Shown one piece after another: positions 34,451-57,056 of a DNA stretch of 64,000 nucleotides. Within the stretch, counting starts at the first letter, position 1. Every line of letters starts with the position of its first letter. The notes beneath the pieces are model-generated. The model was not told where the DNA came from. It saw only the letters and a list, made by a program, of their open reading frames with translations, and did not search any database. The position numbers and the translations under genes were made by a program. Source of the DNA: the human T2T-CHM13v2.0 reference genome, Homo sapiens. The DNA is taken from NCBI RefSeq assembly GCF_009914755.1, contig NC_060925.1. One strand, 5' to 3'.

Positions 34451-37400
34451 AATCTTTAAAATATCAAGACAAGAATTTGCTGAGCTAGACTATGTAACAA
34501 GTACTATGTCTCTACTAATAAATCATAAAATGTACCCTCATAGTAACTGTGATTTGGGGATTATTGCACAAATAATAAGAGGTTTTGCTTTCCATCACAC
34601 TTCAGTTTCACACAAACAAACTTCTGTTCATTCTGTGGCAAACTGTTTTAAACAAAAACTTCTGTGAATGTAGTTCTTCATAATCTGAAGTGTATTTATG
34701 TCTCACAAGTGTGCATGATCTACACATATTTCATGTTTCTTCTTTGCCAATTCGATGGTCACTTCTTCTGTCCTCTTCTCTGCTGCCACTCCCAGGCTGC
34801 TGAGAATTTCTGTGAAGAACCAGAAAGCCGTGCTCCCAGGGTCCACTCTGATACATGCAATCTTTCCTAGGCTGGACTCTCACTGCTGTTCAGGCAATCA
34901 CTTTACTCATCTCTTGTTGAGTTGCTGATGCATCTCTCATAGTATCTATTCTAATTTTTTCCATATTCCTTAAGATTCCCCTAACCCCACCCCTTCTCCG
35001 GGATCACTTCATTCTTAGCAGATGGTCATTCTTCTAGAATGTAGCTCCCCCATTCCTTCAAATGGATGCTCCCCTGACTTCACTCCAGGGAGACTCAGTC
35101 ACCATAGCAACCACTGCCGGCTTTGGTTCATTTCCTCAGAAACCCCAACTGGCAGAGATAGCTGAATTGAGGAATTTCTGCAGGAAAATTTTGGGAGCTC
35201 TTGATACTGAGGGCTGAAATCTCAAAGGCAGCTTTAAATTTAAATAACCAGAAAATAACAGATCCATAAGCTCAAAGGAGAAGCAAAGGGTGGGTCTAGA
35301 AACAGCAATTTCTTGTCCTGCTAGCTTCTTGAGAGAAGTCATAGGTTCTATGAAAACAAAAAGAGGTGGGGATCAGCTGGAGTTTGAGATTCTGATATCA
35401 AAAGACATCATTATGTCTTGTTTCATTGTTTCCAATATATGTTGGACGTGCAGACTTTAAAGGAAGAACATGAATATCTAACATTATTTCTCCTTTAATT
35501 TCAAAATTGATTTTTGGAGTTATGGGGGTAGCGTGTGATACTGTAAGTCTATTTAGCAAACATTTGTTGCTGTTCTCTTTGTGTCAGACATTGTGCTAGG
35601 ATATGGAAAAGAATGAATACAATATACAATCTGTCCTAATGGGGGATACATACACACTAAGAGAAATGGAAAAGTTTACAATTAGACCAAAGTCAGCTCT
35701 TCCAGAGACATTTCTATCACAAAGTACAAGCATTTGCAAGTCTATGTGGGAACTCCATGAATTTGCAGAATGCTGTTTGATAAAGAAACCACTCAGCCCT
35801 TAACAGCATGTCCACGTTACCAAAGCATTTGAATCAGTTCACCATAAGGCAGTAAGCTCTCCTTTAAAAGGCTCATCCTTCACAGTTCTTGGCTGTTTGA
35901 ATTTTCTCTTTCCTTCGTCACCCTTAAACTTAATTACACAGCAGCTGAAAAAGAAGACCTCTCTTGACCAAAATTTAAGGATAAAAATGTGGGATTATAC
36001 AACAAATAACTATAATAAAATGTGGTCACTCTAAAATCCACACAAGAATAAAGAACACAGGAAAAAGGGGAAACACAGGAAAAAGGGCAATTTATTTTGT
36101 CCTAGGGACTTGGAAGAGGAAGAGTTGGTTAAAGCTTCATAAAAGAGAAAATGTTTCAGCTGTAATTTGTCTTCCTCCTCTATTCCTAAGTGATAAATTA
36201 TATTCTCCTTTTTGGGAAATTAAAAAAATACATTTTTTAATTACAAGAAAAATATATATTTACAGAAATTACAAAAGCACCATAAGAGTTTGGATTCCAG
36301 TCCTCCACTCTTCACGGGTGAGCAACCATGAAGCTTCTGAGGACACTCTGTAATCTTGAGTACAGGGGTTTTGGAAACCAAGTGATGAAGACAGCATTTG
36401 TTATAATGAGGCCTTTAAAAACAAAACACTGTAAAGAACACTAAATGGGAATGGGAAAGTGGGAAGAGAGGGAAACTGTCCAGCTAATTCATTTGTAACT
36501 CTTGCCAGCCTCAGTCCAGACTTGCCAGAGGATCTTTGCTAGGTTATGGATTTTAGGTGTTTTCATTAAGGACTATCTGGAATAGAGCCTCATTCCTCCT
36601 CTACCCCAGAAGGCAACAGTCACTGATTCACACTTCATATCCCTTAAGCTTGCATGACTTAATTTCTTTCTTCCCATTAAGTTAGAATTAAAAAAAAAAA
36701 CTCTTATTAGTTTCCTCCAAGGGTTTTGGAAAGATAAAGGAAACTGTCAAGTCTTAAGAGTGTCATAAACCTTGGGGACACACATGGCACTCAAATACTA
36801 GAGATGATGTCTAATGATACCATTTTCAAAAATGTCTTTCATTATTTTGCCATGTCCTGAAATCCCATAAAAGCATAACAGAAATGAGTTTGGGATTTTA
36901 CTAAATTAAAATTTGTAAAGAAGGAGGAAAAGGATGATAATGATAATGTCGTTGATTTTCATTATTGTTCATTGCAAATTCCACGAAAAAGTAAAATATT
37001 AGTCAAGATGCAAAATTAGATGACCCTGTAGTCAAGAAGGCAAGGTAAGGTGCTTAAAATTTAACGAGACTGATGAAAGCAGAAAGAACATCAATCAAAA
37101 TCTCAAGTTGTACATTGGCAGCACTTTCTGTGCTATCTCCCAAGTTTTTCTAGGGCTCCACCTATTACACTTGGAATCACCGACATTGCTGAAAGCATTT
37201 TAAAGGCATTAATTATCTAACTTACTGTCTTAATTACCTATGCTCATCTCAGGAGAATTGCAAAGGGATAGGCATCAGGAACACTTCTTTGGTGAGAGAA
37301 AACCAAGTGACAAAAGAGAAGCGTTTGTCCTAACACATCTAAAAGGCAGGTTGGAAATAACAGGTAGACTCAAGTTTGGTTCAGCCCAAATTAAAAAAAA

Positions 37401-38369
37401 AATGCCATTCTCCTCATGCATTGACACCAAAATATTCACCTTCACCTACAAAATGATATTTTTTTCTGGCATGATTTTTTTCCCTTCGTTCAGCCTCAGA
37501 GATAATACTAATGATTACCAGTGATGGTAGTGAAAGCCAAGCTTAATCACCATAATTGACAATTAAGTTGGGTAACAACACAGAGACAGGTGATTTCACA
37601 CAAGGCTAATGAAAATGGGCTATTAAAATCCACACACGTTTGGCAGCAATTATGAGCTCCTGGAGCCATTTGCTTTGAAATGTGCACATTTCACAGGTGG
37701 CTGCCTGCCAACAAGACAACTTTGAGCAGGACCGAGAAAGCAAGAGGAAAAGACAGAGTTGCCGGAGATTTTCTTAAGTGCCATTGCTTTTCAGTGGCTT
37801 GCTGAATCCTTATCACTACAGGCCAGATATTTTAAAGCCAAAGAAATATGCAAAGTTCACAGCTGCAGAGAATGACAGACATCCCATTTTCCTATAGAAC
37901 CACGATGGAATTGGCAGAGGACAAGGGAGTGGGCACTAGCGAATACAGAAGGGCAAAGTAGAGAGGATTCCATGAAATAAGTGCTGGACCATGTAAGAGA
38001 GGCCTGGAGCCTGGATGTCTTGTCTGGAGTACACAGAAGATACTTAACAGTTTTCACAAAATGTGAAATGGAAGTAATAATCCCTGCTTCCCAAATATGA
38101 TAGTATGGTTAAATGAGTTCAGTTCCTTGAAGGGCACTTGAATTCAGAGGCTGAGGTTACTTTGCTGCAGTTTCATGCATCTCCTAGCTCCCTGCTCTTA
38201 CTCTCTTATATCAGGATGCCACCATTCTGCTCAAAGCCCCTCTCCTTTAAGCTCTTTACTGTCTGAATATGCCAGTTAGTAGGGAAGTTAGTCAACTTTT
38301 TTTAATGACAGGAAACCAAATAACAAACAGTGGTGAGAACTTGCCTGAAAATAGACTGGGAATCACATC

Positions 38370-41030
<2,661 letters not shown>

Positions 41031-41049
41031 AGTTTTTTCTTGTTGGGTT

Positions 41050-41580
41050 AAATAAAATCATTAAAATTAATTTTACCGGTTTCTTTTTAGATTTTTAATG
41101 TGGCTACTAGAAAATTTGAAATTACATATTTGGCTCACATTTTTCCATTTGCCTACACTACTCTTTGGTTTAAAATATGTATCTTTGATTTATTATAATG
41201 TACTTTTAAATGTTATAATGATATTTCACAAATAATTTGAAACTCTTAAAGTAGTATTTTATTCCCCATTCTGTCCCTTGTGCTATTGTTGTCATACATT
41301 TTATTTCTGCGTGTTATGAACCACATGCTAAATTATTTTGATCTTAGAATTAAATTATCCATTAAAGATCTTAAAAATGAGGGGAATAGTCTTTTTTATG
41401 TACCCACATATCTACTATTTGCAGTACTCTTCATTTGTTTGTGTAGATATAAGTTTGCAAGTTACATCATTTTCCTTTTGTCTGGAGAACTTCATTTAAC
41501 ATTTCTTGTAATGTAGACTTGCTTCTGCTTAATTTTCTCAGCTTTTGTTTATCTGAAAAGTTTTGATTTAGTATTCATTT
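41050..41580 (-). mobile_element. Ancient L1M fragment, left part (resumes at 56242)
   Basis: GAACTTCATTTAACATTTCTTGTA...TCTCAGCTTTTGTTTATCTGAAAA is the antisense L1M ORF1 3' region. Confidence 0.65.
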
Positions 41581-44476
41581 TTTTATTTTGATTTTTATTT
41601 TACTTTAAGTTCTGGAAACGTGCAGAACATGCAGATTTGTTGCATAGGTATACCTGTGCCATGGTGGTTTGCTGCACCTATTGACCTGTCCTCTAAGTTC
41701 CCTCCCCTCGCCTCCCAACCCCCAACAGGCCCTGGTGTGTGTTGTTCCCCTCCCTGTGTCCATCTGTTCTCATTGTTCAACTCCCACTTATGAGTGAGAA
41801 CATGTGGTGTTTGGTTTTCTGTTCCTGTGTTAGTTTGCTGAGGATGATAGCTTCCAGGTTCATCCATGTCCCTGTAAAGGACATGATCGCATGCCTTTTT
41901 ATAACTGCACAGTATTCCACAGTGTATATGTACCACATTTTCTTTATCCAGTCTATCATTGATGGGCATTTGGGGGTTCCATGACTTTGCTATTATAAAT
42001 AGTGCTGTAATAAACATATGTGTGCATGTATGCTTATAGCAGAATGATTTATATTCCTTTGGGTATATACCCAGTAATGGAATTGCTTGGCCAAATGGTA
42101 TTTCTGGTTCAAGATCCTTGAGGAATTGCCTTACTATCTTTTACAATGGTTGAACTAATTTACATTCCCACCAAGAGTGTAAAAGTGCTCTTATTTCTAC
42201 ACAGCCTCGCCAGCATCTATTGTTTGTTGACTTTTTAATAATCGTCATTCTGACTGGCATGAGATGGTTCTCATTGTGGTTTTGACTTGCATTACTCTAA
42301 TGATCAGTATGTTGAACTTTTTTTCACGTGTGTTGGCTGTGTAAGTGTCTTCTTTTGAGAAGTGTCTGTTCATGTACTTGACCTAGTTTTTGATGGAGTT
42401 GTTTCTTTCTTGTAAATTTGTTTAAGTTCCTTGTAAATTCTGGATATTAGCCCTTCATCAGATGGGTAGGTTGCAAAAAATTTCACCCATTCTGTAGGTT
42501 GCCTGTTCACTCTGGTGATAGTTTCTTTTGCTGTGCAGAAGCTCTTTAGTTTAATTGGATCCCATTTGTCAACTTGGCTTCTGTTGCAATAGCTTTTAGC
42601 GTTTTCATCATGAAGTCTTTGCTCAAGCCTATGTCCTGACTGGTATTGCCTAGATTTCTTCTAGGGTTTTTATAATGTGAGGTTTTACATCTAAGTCTTT
42701 AATCCATCTTGAGTTAATTTTTGTCCAAGGTGTAAGGAAGGGGTCCAGTTTCAGTTTTCTGTATATGGCTAGCCAGTTTTCCCAGCACCATTTATTGAAT
42801 AGGAGGCCTTTCCCCATTGCTTGTTTTTGTTAGGTTTGTTGAAGATCAGATGGTTGTAGATGTGTAGCGTTATTTCTGAGGTCTCTATTCTGTTCCATTG
42901 GTATATATGACTGTTTTGGTACCAGTACCATGTTGTTTTTGTTACTATCGCTTTGTAGTATAGTTTGAAGTCAGATAGCATGATGCCTCCAGCTTTGTTC
43001 TTTTTGCTTTGGACTGTCTTGGCAAAACGGGGTCTTCATTTATTAAGTTTTTTCTAATTCTGTGAAGAATCTCAAGGATAGTTTGATGGGAATAGCATTG
43101 AATCTATAAATTACTTTGGGCAGTATGGCCATTTTCACAATATTGAATATTCCATGAAAATGGAATGTTTTTTTCATTTTTTTGTGTCCTCTCTTATTTC
43201 CTTGAGCAGTGGTTTGTAGTTCTCCTTGAAGAGGTCCTCCACATCCTTTATAAGTTATATTCCTAGGTATTTAATTATCTTTGTAGCAATTGTGAATGGG
43301 AGTTCATTCATGATTTGGCTCTCTGCTTGTCTGTTGTTGGTGTATAGGAATGCTTGTGACTTTTGCGTATCAATTTTGTATCCTGAAACTTTGCTGAAGC
43401 TGCTTACTAGGTTAAGGAGTTTTGGGGCTGAGATTATGGGGTTTTCTAAATATAGAATCATATTGTCTGCAAACAAAGACAATTTGACTTCCTCCCTTCC
43501 TATTTGAATACGCTTTATTTCTTTCTCTTGCCTGATTGCCCTGGCCAGAACTTTTAATACTGTGTCGAATAGGAGTGGTGACAGAGGGCATCCTTGCCTT
43601 GTATCAGTTTTCAAAGGGAATGCTTCCACCTTTTGCCCATTCAGTACAATATCGGCTGTGGGTTTTTCATAAAGAGCTCTTAGTATTTTGAGATATGTTC
43701 CATCAATACCTAGGTTATTGAGAGTTTTAAATATAAAGGAATGTTGAATTTTATCAAATGCCTTTTCTGCATCCATTGAGATAATCATGTGGTTTTTGTC
43801 TTTGGGTCTGTTTATGTGATGGATCACATTTATTGATTTGTGTATGTTGAGCCAGCCTTGCATTGCATCTCAGCAATGAAGCTGACTTGATCGTGGTGGA
43901 TAAGTTTTTTGAAGGGCTACTCGATTTGGTTTCTCAGTATTTTATTGAAGATTTTTGCATCGATATTCATCAGGAATATTGGCCTGAAGTTTTCTTTTTT
44001 TGTTGTATCTCTGCCAGGCTTTGGTATCAGGATGATGCTGGCCTCATAAAATGAGTTAGGGAGGAGTCCTTCCTTTTCAATTGTTTGGAATAGTTTCAGA
44101 AGAAAAGGTACCAGCTCCTACTTGTACCTCTGGTAGAATTTGGCTGTGAATTCATCTGGTCCTGGGCTTTTTTTGGTTGGTAGGCTATTACTGCCTCAAT
44201 TTCATAAGTTGTTATTGGTCTATTCAAGGGTTTGACCTCTTCCTGGCTTATTCTTGGGAGGGTGTATGTGTCGAGGAATTTCTCCATTTCTTCTAGATTT
44301 TCTAGTTTGTTTGTGTAGAGGTGTTTATAGTATTCTCTGATGGTAGTTTGTATTTCTGTGGGGTCAGTGGTGATATCACCTTTGTCATTTTTTATTGTGT
44401 CTATTTGATTCTTCTCTTTTTTCTTATTTATCAGTCTAGATAGTGGTCTTTTTTTTTTCAAAAAAAAAAAAAAAAA

Positions 44477-45385
44477 GGGGGGGAGGAGCCAAGATGGCCG
44501 AATAGGAACAGCTCCGGTCTACACCTCCCAGCGTGAGCGACGCAGAAGACGGGTGATTTCTGCATTTCCATATGAGGTACCGGGTTCATCTCACTAGGGA
44601 GTGCCAGACAGTGGGCGCAGGTCAGTGGGTGCGTGCACCGTGCACGAGCCAAAGCAGGGCGAGGCATTGCCTCACTCGGGAAGCGCAAGGGGTCAGGGAG
44701 TTCCCTTTCCTAGTCAAAGAAAGGGGTGACAGATGGCACCTGGAAAATCGGGTCACTACCAACCGAATACTGCGCTTTTCCGACGGGCTTAAAAAACGGC
44801 ACACCAGGAGATTATATCTCGCACGTGGCTCGGAGGGTCCTACGCCCACGGAGTCTCGCTAATTGCTAGCACAGCAGTCTGAGATCAAACTGCAAGGCGG
44901 CAGCGAGGCTGGGGGAGGGGCACCCGCCATTGCCCAGGCTTGCTTAGGTAAACAAAGCAGCCGGGAAGCTCGAACTGGGTGGAGCCCACCACAGCTCAAG
45001 GAGGCATGCCTGCCTCTATAGGCTCCACCTCTGGGGGCAGGGCACAGACAAACAAAAAGACAGCAGTAACCTCTGCAGACTTAAATGTCCCTGTCTGACA
45101 GCTTTGAAAACAGCAGTGGTTCTCCCAGCACGCAGCTGGAGATCTGAGAACAGGCAGACTGCCTCCTCAAGTGGGTCCCTGACCCCTGACCCCCGAGAAG
45201 CCTAACTGGGAGGCACACCCCAGCAGGGGCAGACTGACACCTCACACGGCTGGGTACTCCAACAGACCTGCAGCTGAGGGTCCTGTCTGTTAGAAGGAAA
45301 ACTAACAAACAGAAAGGACATCCACACCAAAAAACCATCTGTACATCACCATCATCAAAGACCAAAAGTAGATAAAACGACAAAG
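44477..45385 (+). promoter_or_regulatory. L1 5'UTR internal promoter region (sense and antisense), CpG-rich, YY1 site intact
   Basis: CAAGATGGCCG at 44490-44500; many CpGs retained in 44480-44970. Activity not shown. Confidence 0.7.
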
Positions 45386-46401
45386 ATGGGGAAAAACAGA
45401 GCAGAAAAACTGGAAACTCTAAAAAGCAGAACGCCTCTCCTCCTCCAAAGGAACGCAGTTCCTCACCAGCAACGGAACAAAGCTGGATGGAGAATGACTT
45501 TGACGAGTTGAGAGAAGAAGGCTTCAGACGATCAAATTACTCCGAGCTATGGGAGGACATTCAAACCAAAGGCAAAGAAGTTGAAAACTTTGAAAAAAAT
45601 TTAGAAGAATGTATAACTAGAATAACCAATACAGAGAAGTGCTTAAAGGAGCTGATGGGGCTGAAAACCAAGGCTCGAGAACTACGTGAAGAATGCAGAA
45701 GCCTCAGGAGCCGATGCGATCAACTGGAAGAAAGGGTATCAGCAATGGAAGATGAAATGAATGAAATGAAGCAAGAAGGGAAGTTTAGAGAAAACAGAAT
45801 GAAAAGAAACAAGCAAAGGCTCCAAGAAATATGCGACTATGTGAAAAGAACAAATCTACATCTGATTGGTGTACCTGAAAGTGACATGGAGAATGGAACC
45901 AAGTTGGAAAACACTCTGCAGGATATTATCCAGGAGAACTTCCCCAATCTAGCAAGGCAGGCCAACATTCAGATTCAGGAAATATAGAGAACGCCACAAA
46001 GATACTCCTCGAGAAGAGCAACTCCAAGACACATAATTGTCAGATTCACCAAAGTTGAAATGAAGGAAAAAATGTTAAGGGCAGCCAGAGAGAAAGGTTG
46101 GGTTACCCTCAAAGGGAAGCCCATCAGACTAACAGCGGATCTCTCGGCAGAAACTCTACAAGCCAGAAGAGAGTGGGGGCCAATATTCAACATTCTTAAA
46201 GAAAAGAATTTTCAACCCAGAATTTCATATCCAGCCAAACTAAGCTTCATAAGTGAAGGAGAAATAAAATACTTTACAGACAAACAAATGCTGAGAGATT
46301 TTGTCACCACCGGGCCTGCCCAAAAAGAGCTCCTGAAGGAAGCGCTAAACATGGAAAGGAACAACCGGTACCAGCCACTGCAAAATCATGCCAAAATGTA
46401 A
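45386..46401 (+). pseudogene. L1 ORF1, disrupted
   Basis: ATG at 45386 followed by a shortened A-run (frameshift); premature TAG at 45985; native end NHAKM-stop at 46401. Confidence 0.92.
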
Positions 46402-46464
46402 AGACCATCGAGACTAGGAAGAAACTGCATCAACTAACGAGCAAAATAACCAGCTAACATCATA

Positions 46465-50281
<3,817 letters not shown>

Positions 50282-50496
50282 ACAATGAGAACACATGGAC
50301 ACAGGAAGGGGAACATCACACTCTGGGGACTGTTGTGGGGTGGGGGGAGGGGGGAGGGATAGCTTTAGGAGATATACCTAATGCTAGATGACGAGTTAGT
50401 GGGTGCAGCGCACCAGCATGGCACATGTATACATATGTATCTAACCTGCACATTGTGCACATGTACCCTAAAACTTAAAGTATAATAAAAAAAAAA

Positions 50497-50715
50497 TTTT
50501 TTTTCTTTCATTTAATAGGTTGTCTTTTCACTTTCTGATAGTGTCTGCTACACAAAAGTGCTTATTTTCTTTTTAAGTTTTTAATTTTGTGGGTGCATAG
50601 CAGCTATGTATATTGATGGGGTACGTGAGATACTTTGATACAGGCATGCAAGGTGTAGTAATCACATTAGGATAAATAAAGTATCCATCACCTCAAAAAA
50701 AAAAAAAAAAAAAAA
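50497..50715 (+). other. L1 3' transduction (~198 bp) with second poly(A)
   Basis: Non-host sequence between two A-tails; AATAAA at 50675-50680, A21 at 50695-50715, then host L1 resumes. Confidence 0.85.
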
Positions 50716-51541
50716 CCCAGCTCCTGGATTCATTGATTTTTTTTGGAGGGTTTTTCGTGTTTCTATCTCCTTCATTTGTGCTCTGATGTTATTTATTTCT
50801 TGTATTCTCCTAGTTTTAAAACTAATTTGCTCTTGTTTCTCTAGCTCTTTTAATGATGAAGTTAGGTTGTCAATTTGAGATTTCTAGCTTTCTGATATGG
50901 GCATTTAGTGCTATAAATCTCCCTCTTAACAGTGCTGTAGCTGTGTTCTAGAGATTCCGGTATATTGTCTCTTTGTTCTCATCGGTTTCAAAGAACTTCT
51001 GGATTTCTACCTTAATTTCGTCATATATCCAGGAGTCATTCAGGAGAAGGTTGTTCAAGTTGCATGTAATTTTGTGGTTTTGAGTGAATTTCTTAATCCT
51101 GAGTTCTAATTAGATTGTACTATATTCTAAGATAATTTTGTTATGATTTCAGTTCTTTTCCATTTGCTGAGGGAGTGTTTTAATTCTAATTATGTGGTCT
51201 GTTTTAGAGTAAGTGCTATGTGGTGCTGAGAAGAATGTATATTCTGTTGATTTGAGGTGGAGAGTTCTGTAGACGTCTATTAGGTTTACTTGATCCAGAG
51301 CTGAGTTCAAGTCCTGAATATCCTTGTTAATTTTCTGTCACATTGATCTGTCTAATATCAACAGTGGAGTGTTAAAGTCTCCCACTATTATTGTGTGAGA
51401 GTCTAAGTCTCTTTGTAGGTCTCTAAGAACTTGTTTTATGAATCTGGGTGCTCCTATATTGGGTTCATGTATATTTAGGACAGTTAGCTTTTCTTGTTGA
51501 ATTGATCCCTTTACCATTATGTAGTGCCCTTCTTTGTCTTT

Positions 51542-51809
51542 CTTTTTTTTTTAATTTTTATTTTATTTCACGTTCTGGGATGTATGTGCAGAATGTGTAG
51601 GTTTGTTTCATAGGTAAACGTACACCATGGTGGTTTGCTGCACCTATCAACCCATTACCTAGGTATTAAGCCCCACAGCATTAGCTATTTATTCTGATGC
51701 TCTCCTTCCTCCCACCCCCCATAGGCCCCAGTATGTGTTGTTCCCTTCCTCGTGTCCATGTTTTCTCATTGTACAGCTTTCACTTATGAGTGAGAACATG
51801 CAGTGTTTG
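51542..51809 (-). mobile_element. ~270-bp L1PA8-type 3' end fused to the PTGR1 retrocopy
   Basis: Poly(T), 3'UTR with TAGGTATTAAGCCC, ends at GAACATGCAGTGTTTG. Confidence 0.9.
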
Positions 51810-53260
<1,451 letters not shown>

Positions 53261-53533
53261 CCTTCTTTGTCTTTTCTGATCTTTGTTGGTTTAAAGTCTG
53301 TTTTGTCAGAGACTAGGATTGCAACCCCTCCTTTTTTTATTTTTAATTTTTATTTTCTGCTTTCCATTTGGTTAGTAAATTTCCCCCCATCCTTTTATTT
53401 TGTGCCAATGTGTGTCTTTGTATGTGAGATGGGTCTCCTAAATACAGCACACCGATCAATGGGTCTTGACTCCTTATCGAATTTGCCAGTCTTTGTCTTT
53501 TAATTGGAGCATTTAGCCCATTTGCATTTAAGG

Positions 53534-53915
<382 letters not shown>

Positions 53916-56900
53916 TAGTTGATGCAGTTTCTTCATAGTGTCATTGGTATTTATATTTTGGTGTGTTTTTTGCAGTGGTTGGTACCAGTTTTTCCTTTCC
54001 ATATTTAATGTCTCCTTCAGGAGCTCCTGCAAGGCAGGCCTGGTGGTGACAAAATCCCTCAGCATTTGCTTTTCTGGAAAGGATTTTATTTCTCCTTCAC
54101 TTATGAGGCTTAGTTTGGCCAGCTATGAAACTCTGGGTTGGAAATTCTTTTCTTTAAGAATGTTTGATATTGGCTCGCAATCTCTTCTGGCTTGTAGGGT
54201 TTCTGCTGAAAGGTCTGCTGTTAGTCTGATGGGCTTCCCTTTGTAGGTGACGTGACCTTTTTCTCTGGCTGGCCTTAACATTTTTTCCTTCATTTCACCT
54301 TGGTAAATCTGACAATTATGTGTCTTGGGGTTGATCTTCTCATGGAGTATCTTAGTGGTGTTCTCTGTATTTCCTGAATTTGCATGTTGGCCTGTCTTGC
54401 TAGGTTGGGGAAGTTCTCCTGGATAATATCCTGAGGTGTTTTCCAGCTTGTTTCCATTCTCCCCGTCTCCTTCAGGTACTCCAATCAATCATAGGTTTGG
54501 TCTTTTTACATAGTCCCATATTTCTTGGAGGCTTTGTGTGCTCCTTTTCATTCTTTTTTCTCTAATCTTGTCTGCATGCCTTACTTTAGCAAGGTGGTCT
54601 TCAAACTCTGGTATCCTTTCTTCCACTTGGTTGATTTGGCTATTGATTCTTGTGTATGCTTCACGAAGTTCTCATGCTGTGTTTTTCAGCTGCATCACGT
54701 CATTTATGTTCCTCTTTAAACTGGTTAATCTAGTTAGCTCCTCTAACCTTTTATAAAGGTTCTTAGCTTCTTTGCATTGGCTTAGATCATCATCCTTTAG
54801 CTCAGCAGAAGTTTTTTTTATTACTCATCTTCTGAAGCCTACTTCTGTCAATTCTTCCATCTCATCCTCTGTCCAATTCTGTGCCCTTGCTAGAGAGGCG
54901 TTGCGATCATTTGAAGAAGGGGCACTTTGGCCTTTTGGGTTTTCAACATTTTTTCGTTGATTTTTTTCTTATCACCATGAGTTTGTCTAGTTTCGATCTT
55001 TGAGGCTGCTGACTCTTGGATGGGGTTTTTGTGGGGACTTTTTTTGTTGTTGATGCTGTTGTTGCTTTTCGTTTGTTTTTCTTTCAATAGTCAGGTCCCT
55101 CTTCTGTAGGGCTGCTGCAGTTTGCTGGGGTTTCACTTCAGGCCATATTCCTCTGGTTCGCTCCTATGCCTGCAGATGTCACTCAAGAAGGCTGGAGAAC
55201 AGCAAAGGTAAGTTCCTGCTCCTTATTCTGAGATCTCTGACCTCAAGGGGCACCAACCTGATGCCAGTAGTATCACTCCTGTATAGGATGTCTGACAACC
55301 CCTTTTTGAGGGTCTCACCTCGTTGCATGGCACAGGGAACAGGACCTGTTTAATGAAGCACTTTGTCCCTTGGTGGAGAGGGTGTGCTTCGCTGGGGGAA
55401 ACCCACTCATCTGGGCTGCTGCAATTACTCACAACTACCAGGAGGAAAGGCTAAGTCTGCTGGTCGACAGATACTACGGCCACCCCTACCCCAAAAGGGT
55501 CAGGCCCAGGGAGATCAGGGTCCTGTCCCGGAGCCTCTGGCTGGAGTTGTTAAGAGTTCCTGCATGGGGCCCCCACCCAGGCCTGAAGAGGCAGTCTGGC
55601 CAGTCTGCCACAGCCAGTGTGGCTTGTGACCAAGCTGTCCCACCTCATTGGCTCCAGCAGTGGAAAAGTGCAACCTGGAGCTATAGAGATGGATGCCGCC
55701 CTTCTCCTGCCCAGGGAGCTTAGCGTGATAAGCAGTTATGAGTCCCAGTGCTGGCTGCTGCCCCTTCCCCAAGGAGCTCAAATGGTGTAGACAGCAGGCA
55801 GCTGCAGCTGTGGTGCTGGTCACCCCTCTCCCCTGTAACTTGGCAGGCTTAAGCAAATTCTAGCTGAGAGGCTGTAGAGAATCTGCACAGGTCTGAGGTT
55901 GGGACCCTAGGCCCCAGTGGCATGGGATCGCGAGTGGGATCTTCTAATCCATGGATTGCACAGTTCCATGGAAAAAGCACAGTTTCCTCAGCTGGGTAGC
56001 ACTCTCACTGCCTCCCCTGGCTTGGGGAGTGGGGTTTCCCCTGCTCCGTGTGGCTCTCGGGTGTGCAGTCATACCACACTGCTCTTCCTTCCTCTCCATG
56101 GATCACACCAGCTGCCTAGTCAGTTCTGGTGAGAGATCCTGGATACCTTGGTTGGTGGTGCAGGATTCACATGCTATTATGGTTCTTTCGATGGGAGCCT
56201 CTGATCACTGCTGCTTCTAGTTGGCCATCTTGGCCCCCACCTTAGTATTCATTTCTGAGGGATAATTTCACTGGATAGAAAATTGTGGATAGACAAGGTT
56301 TTTTGTTTTGTTTTTGTTTTTGTTTTTTTTTCAGGGGGTTGTTCTGTTTTGTTATCGGTACTTAAAAGTCACTGTCCCATTGTTTTTAGCTGTAAGTAAT
56401 TTCTTATAAGAAATCCATACTAATCTTTTTCCTATGTGTGTGCAATGTCTTTTTCTAGTTGTTCCGATATATGTAAAGTATCTTTTTTTAGTCAAACAGT
56501 TTTCTAGTTTTCAGTAACTTGATTGTTGTATGCTTTGGAGTGGTTTGGGGTGTGTGTGTATTATGTGTCTCTTTCTTGAAGATCATTGAGATTTTTTATT
56601 CTCTGTATTTATAGCTTTCAAAAAAATTAGAAACTGTTGAGCCGTTATTTTTCTGCCCCAGTCTGTCTCATCTCTTTCTGAGACACCAAATATGTATATA
56701 CCATGTGCTTTAATAGCCCCACAAGTCACTGAGACTTTATCAGTGTTCTTTTTCTCTTTGATGCATTTTGTATATATTCTGTTGCCAAGTCTCTAAGTTT
56801 AATATTTCCTTCTACAGTCTCTGACCTGCCATTAGTCCTATACAGTAAATGTTTTATCCTGGTGTTTTATATGTCACCTCTAGGAGTTCTACTGTGTCCA

Positions 56901-57056
56901 TATTTATATCTTCCATTTATCTCATTATGTTCATGTTTATTTTGCATTTTTGAACATATGCACGTATTTATAGAATCTGTTTTAACATCCTTATCTACTA
57001 GTTCTATCATCTTTTTCATTTCTGAGTCTGTTTCTATTGTCTGAATGTTCTCCAGG

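Noticed and set aside
44859-44930. Intact ORF0 in the young L1
   Set aside because: MAGAPPPASLPPCSLISDCCASN is followed by TAG after 23 codons; the ORF0 starting at ~28853 in the other L1 diverges out of frame.
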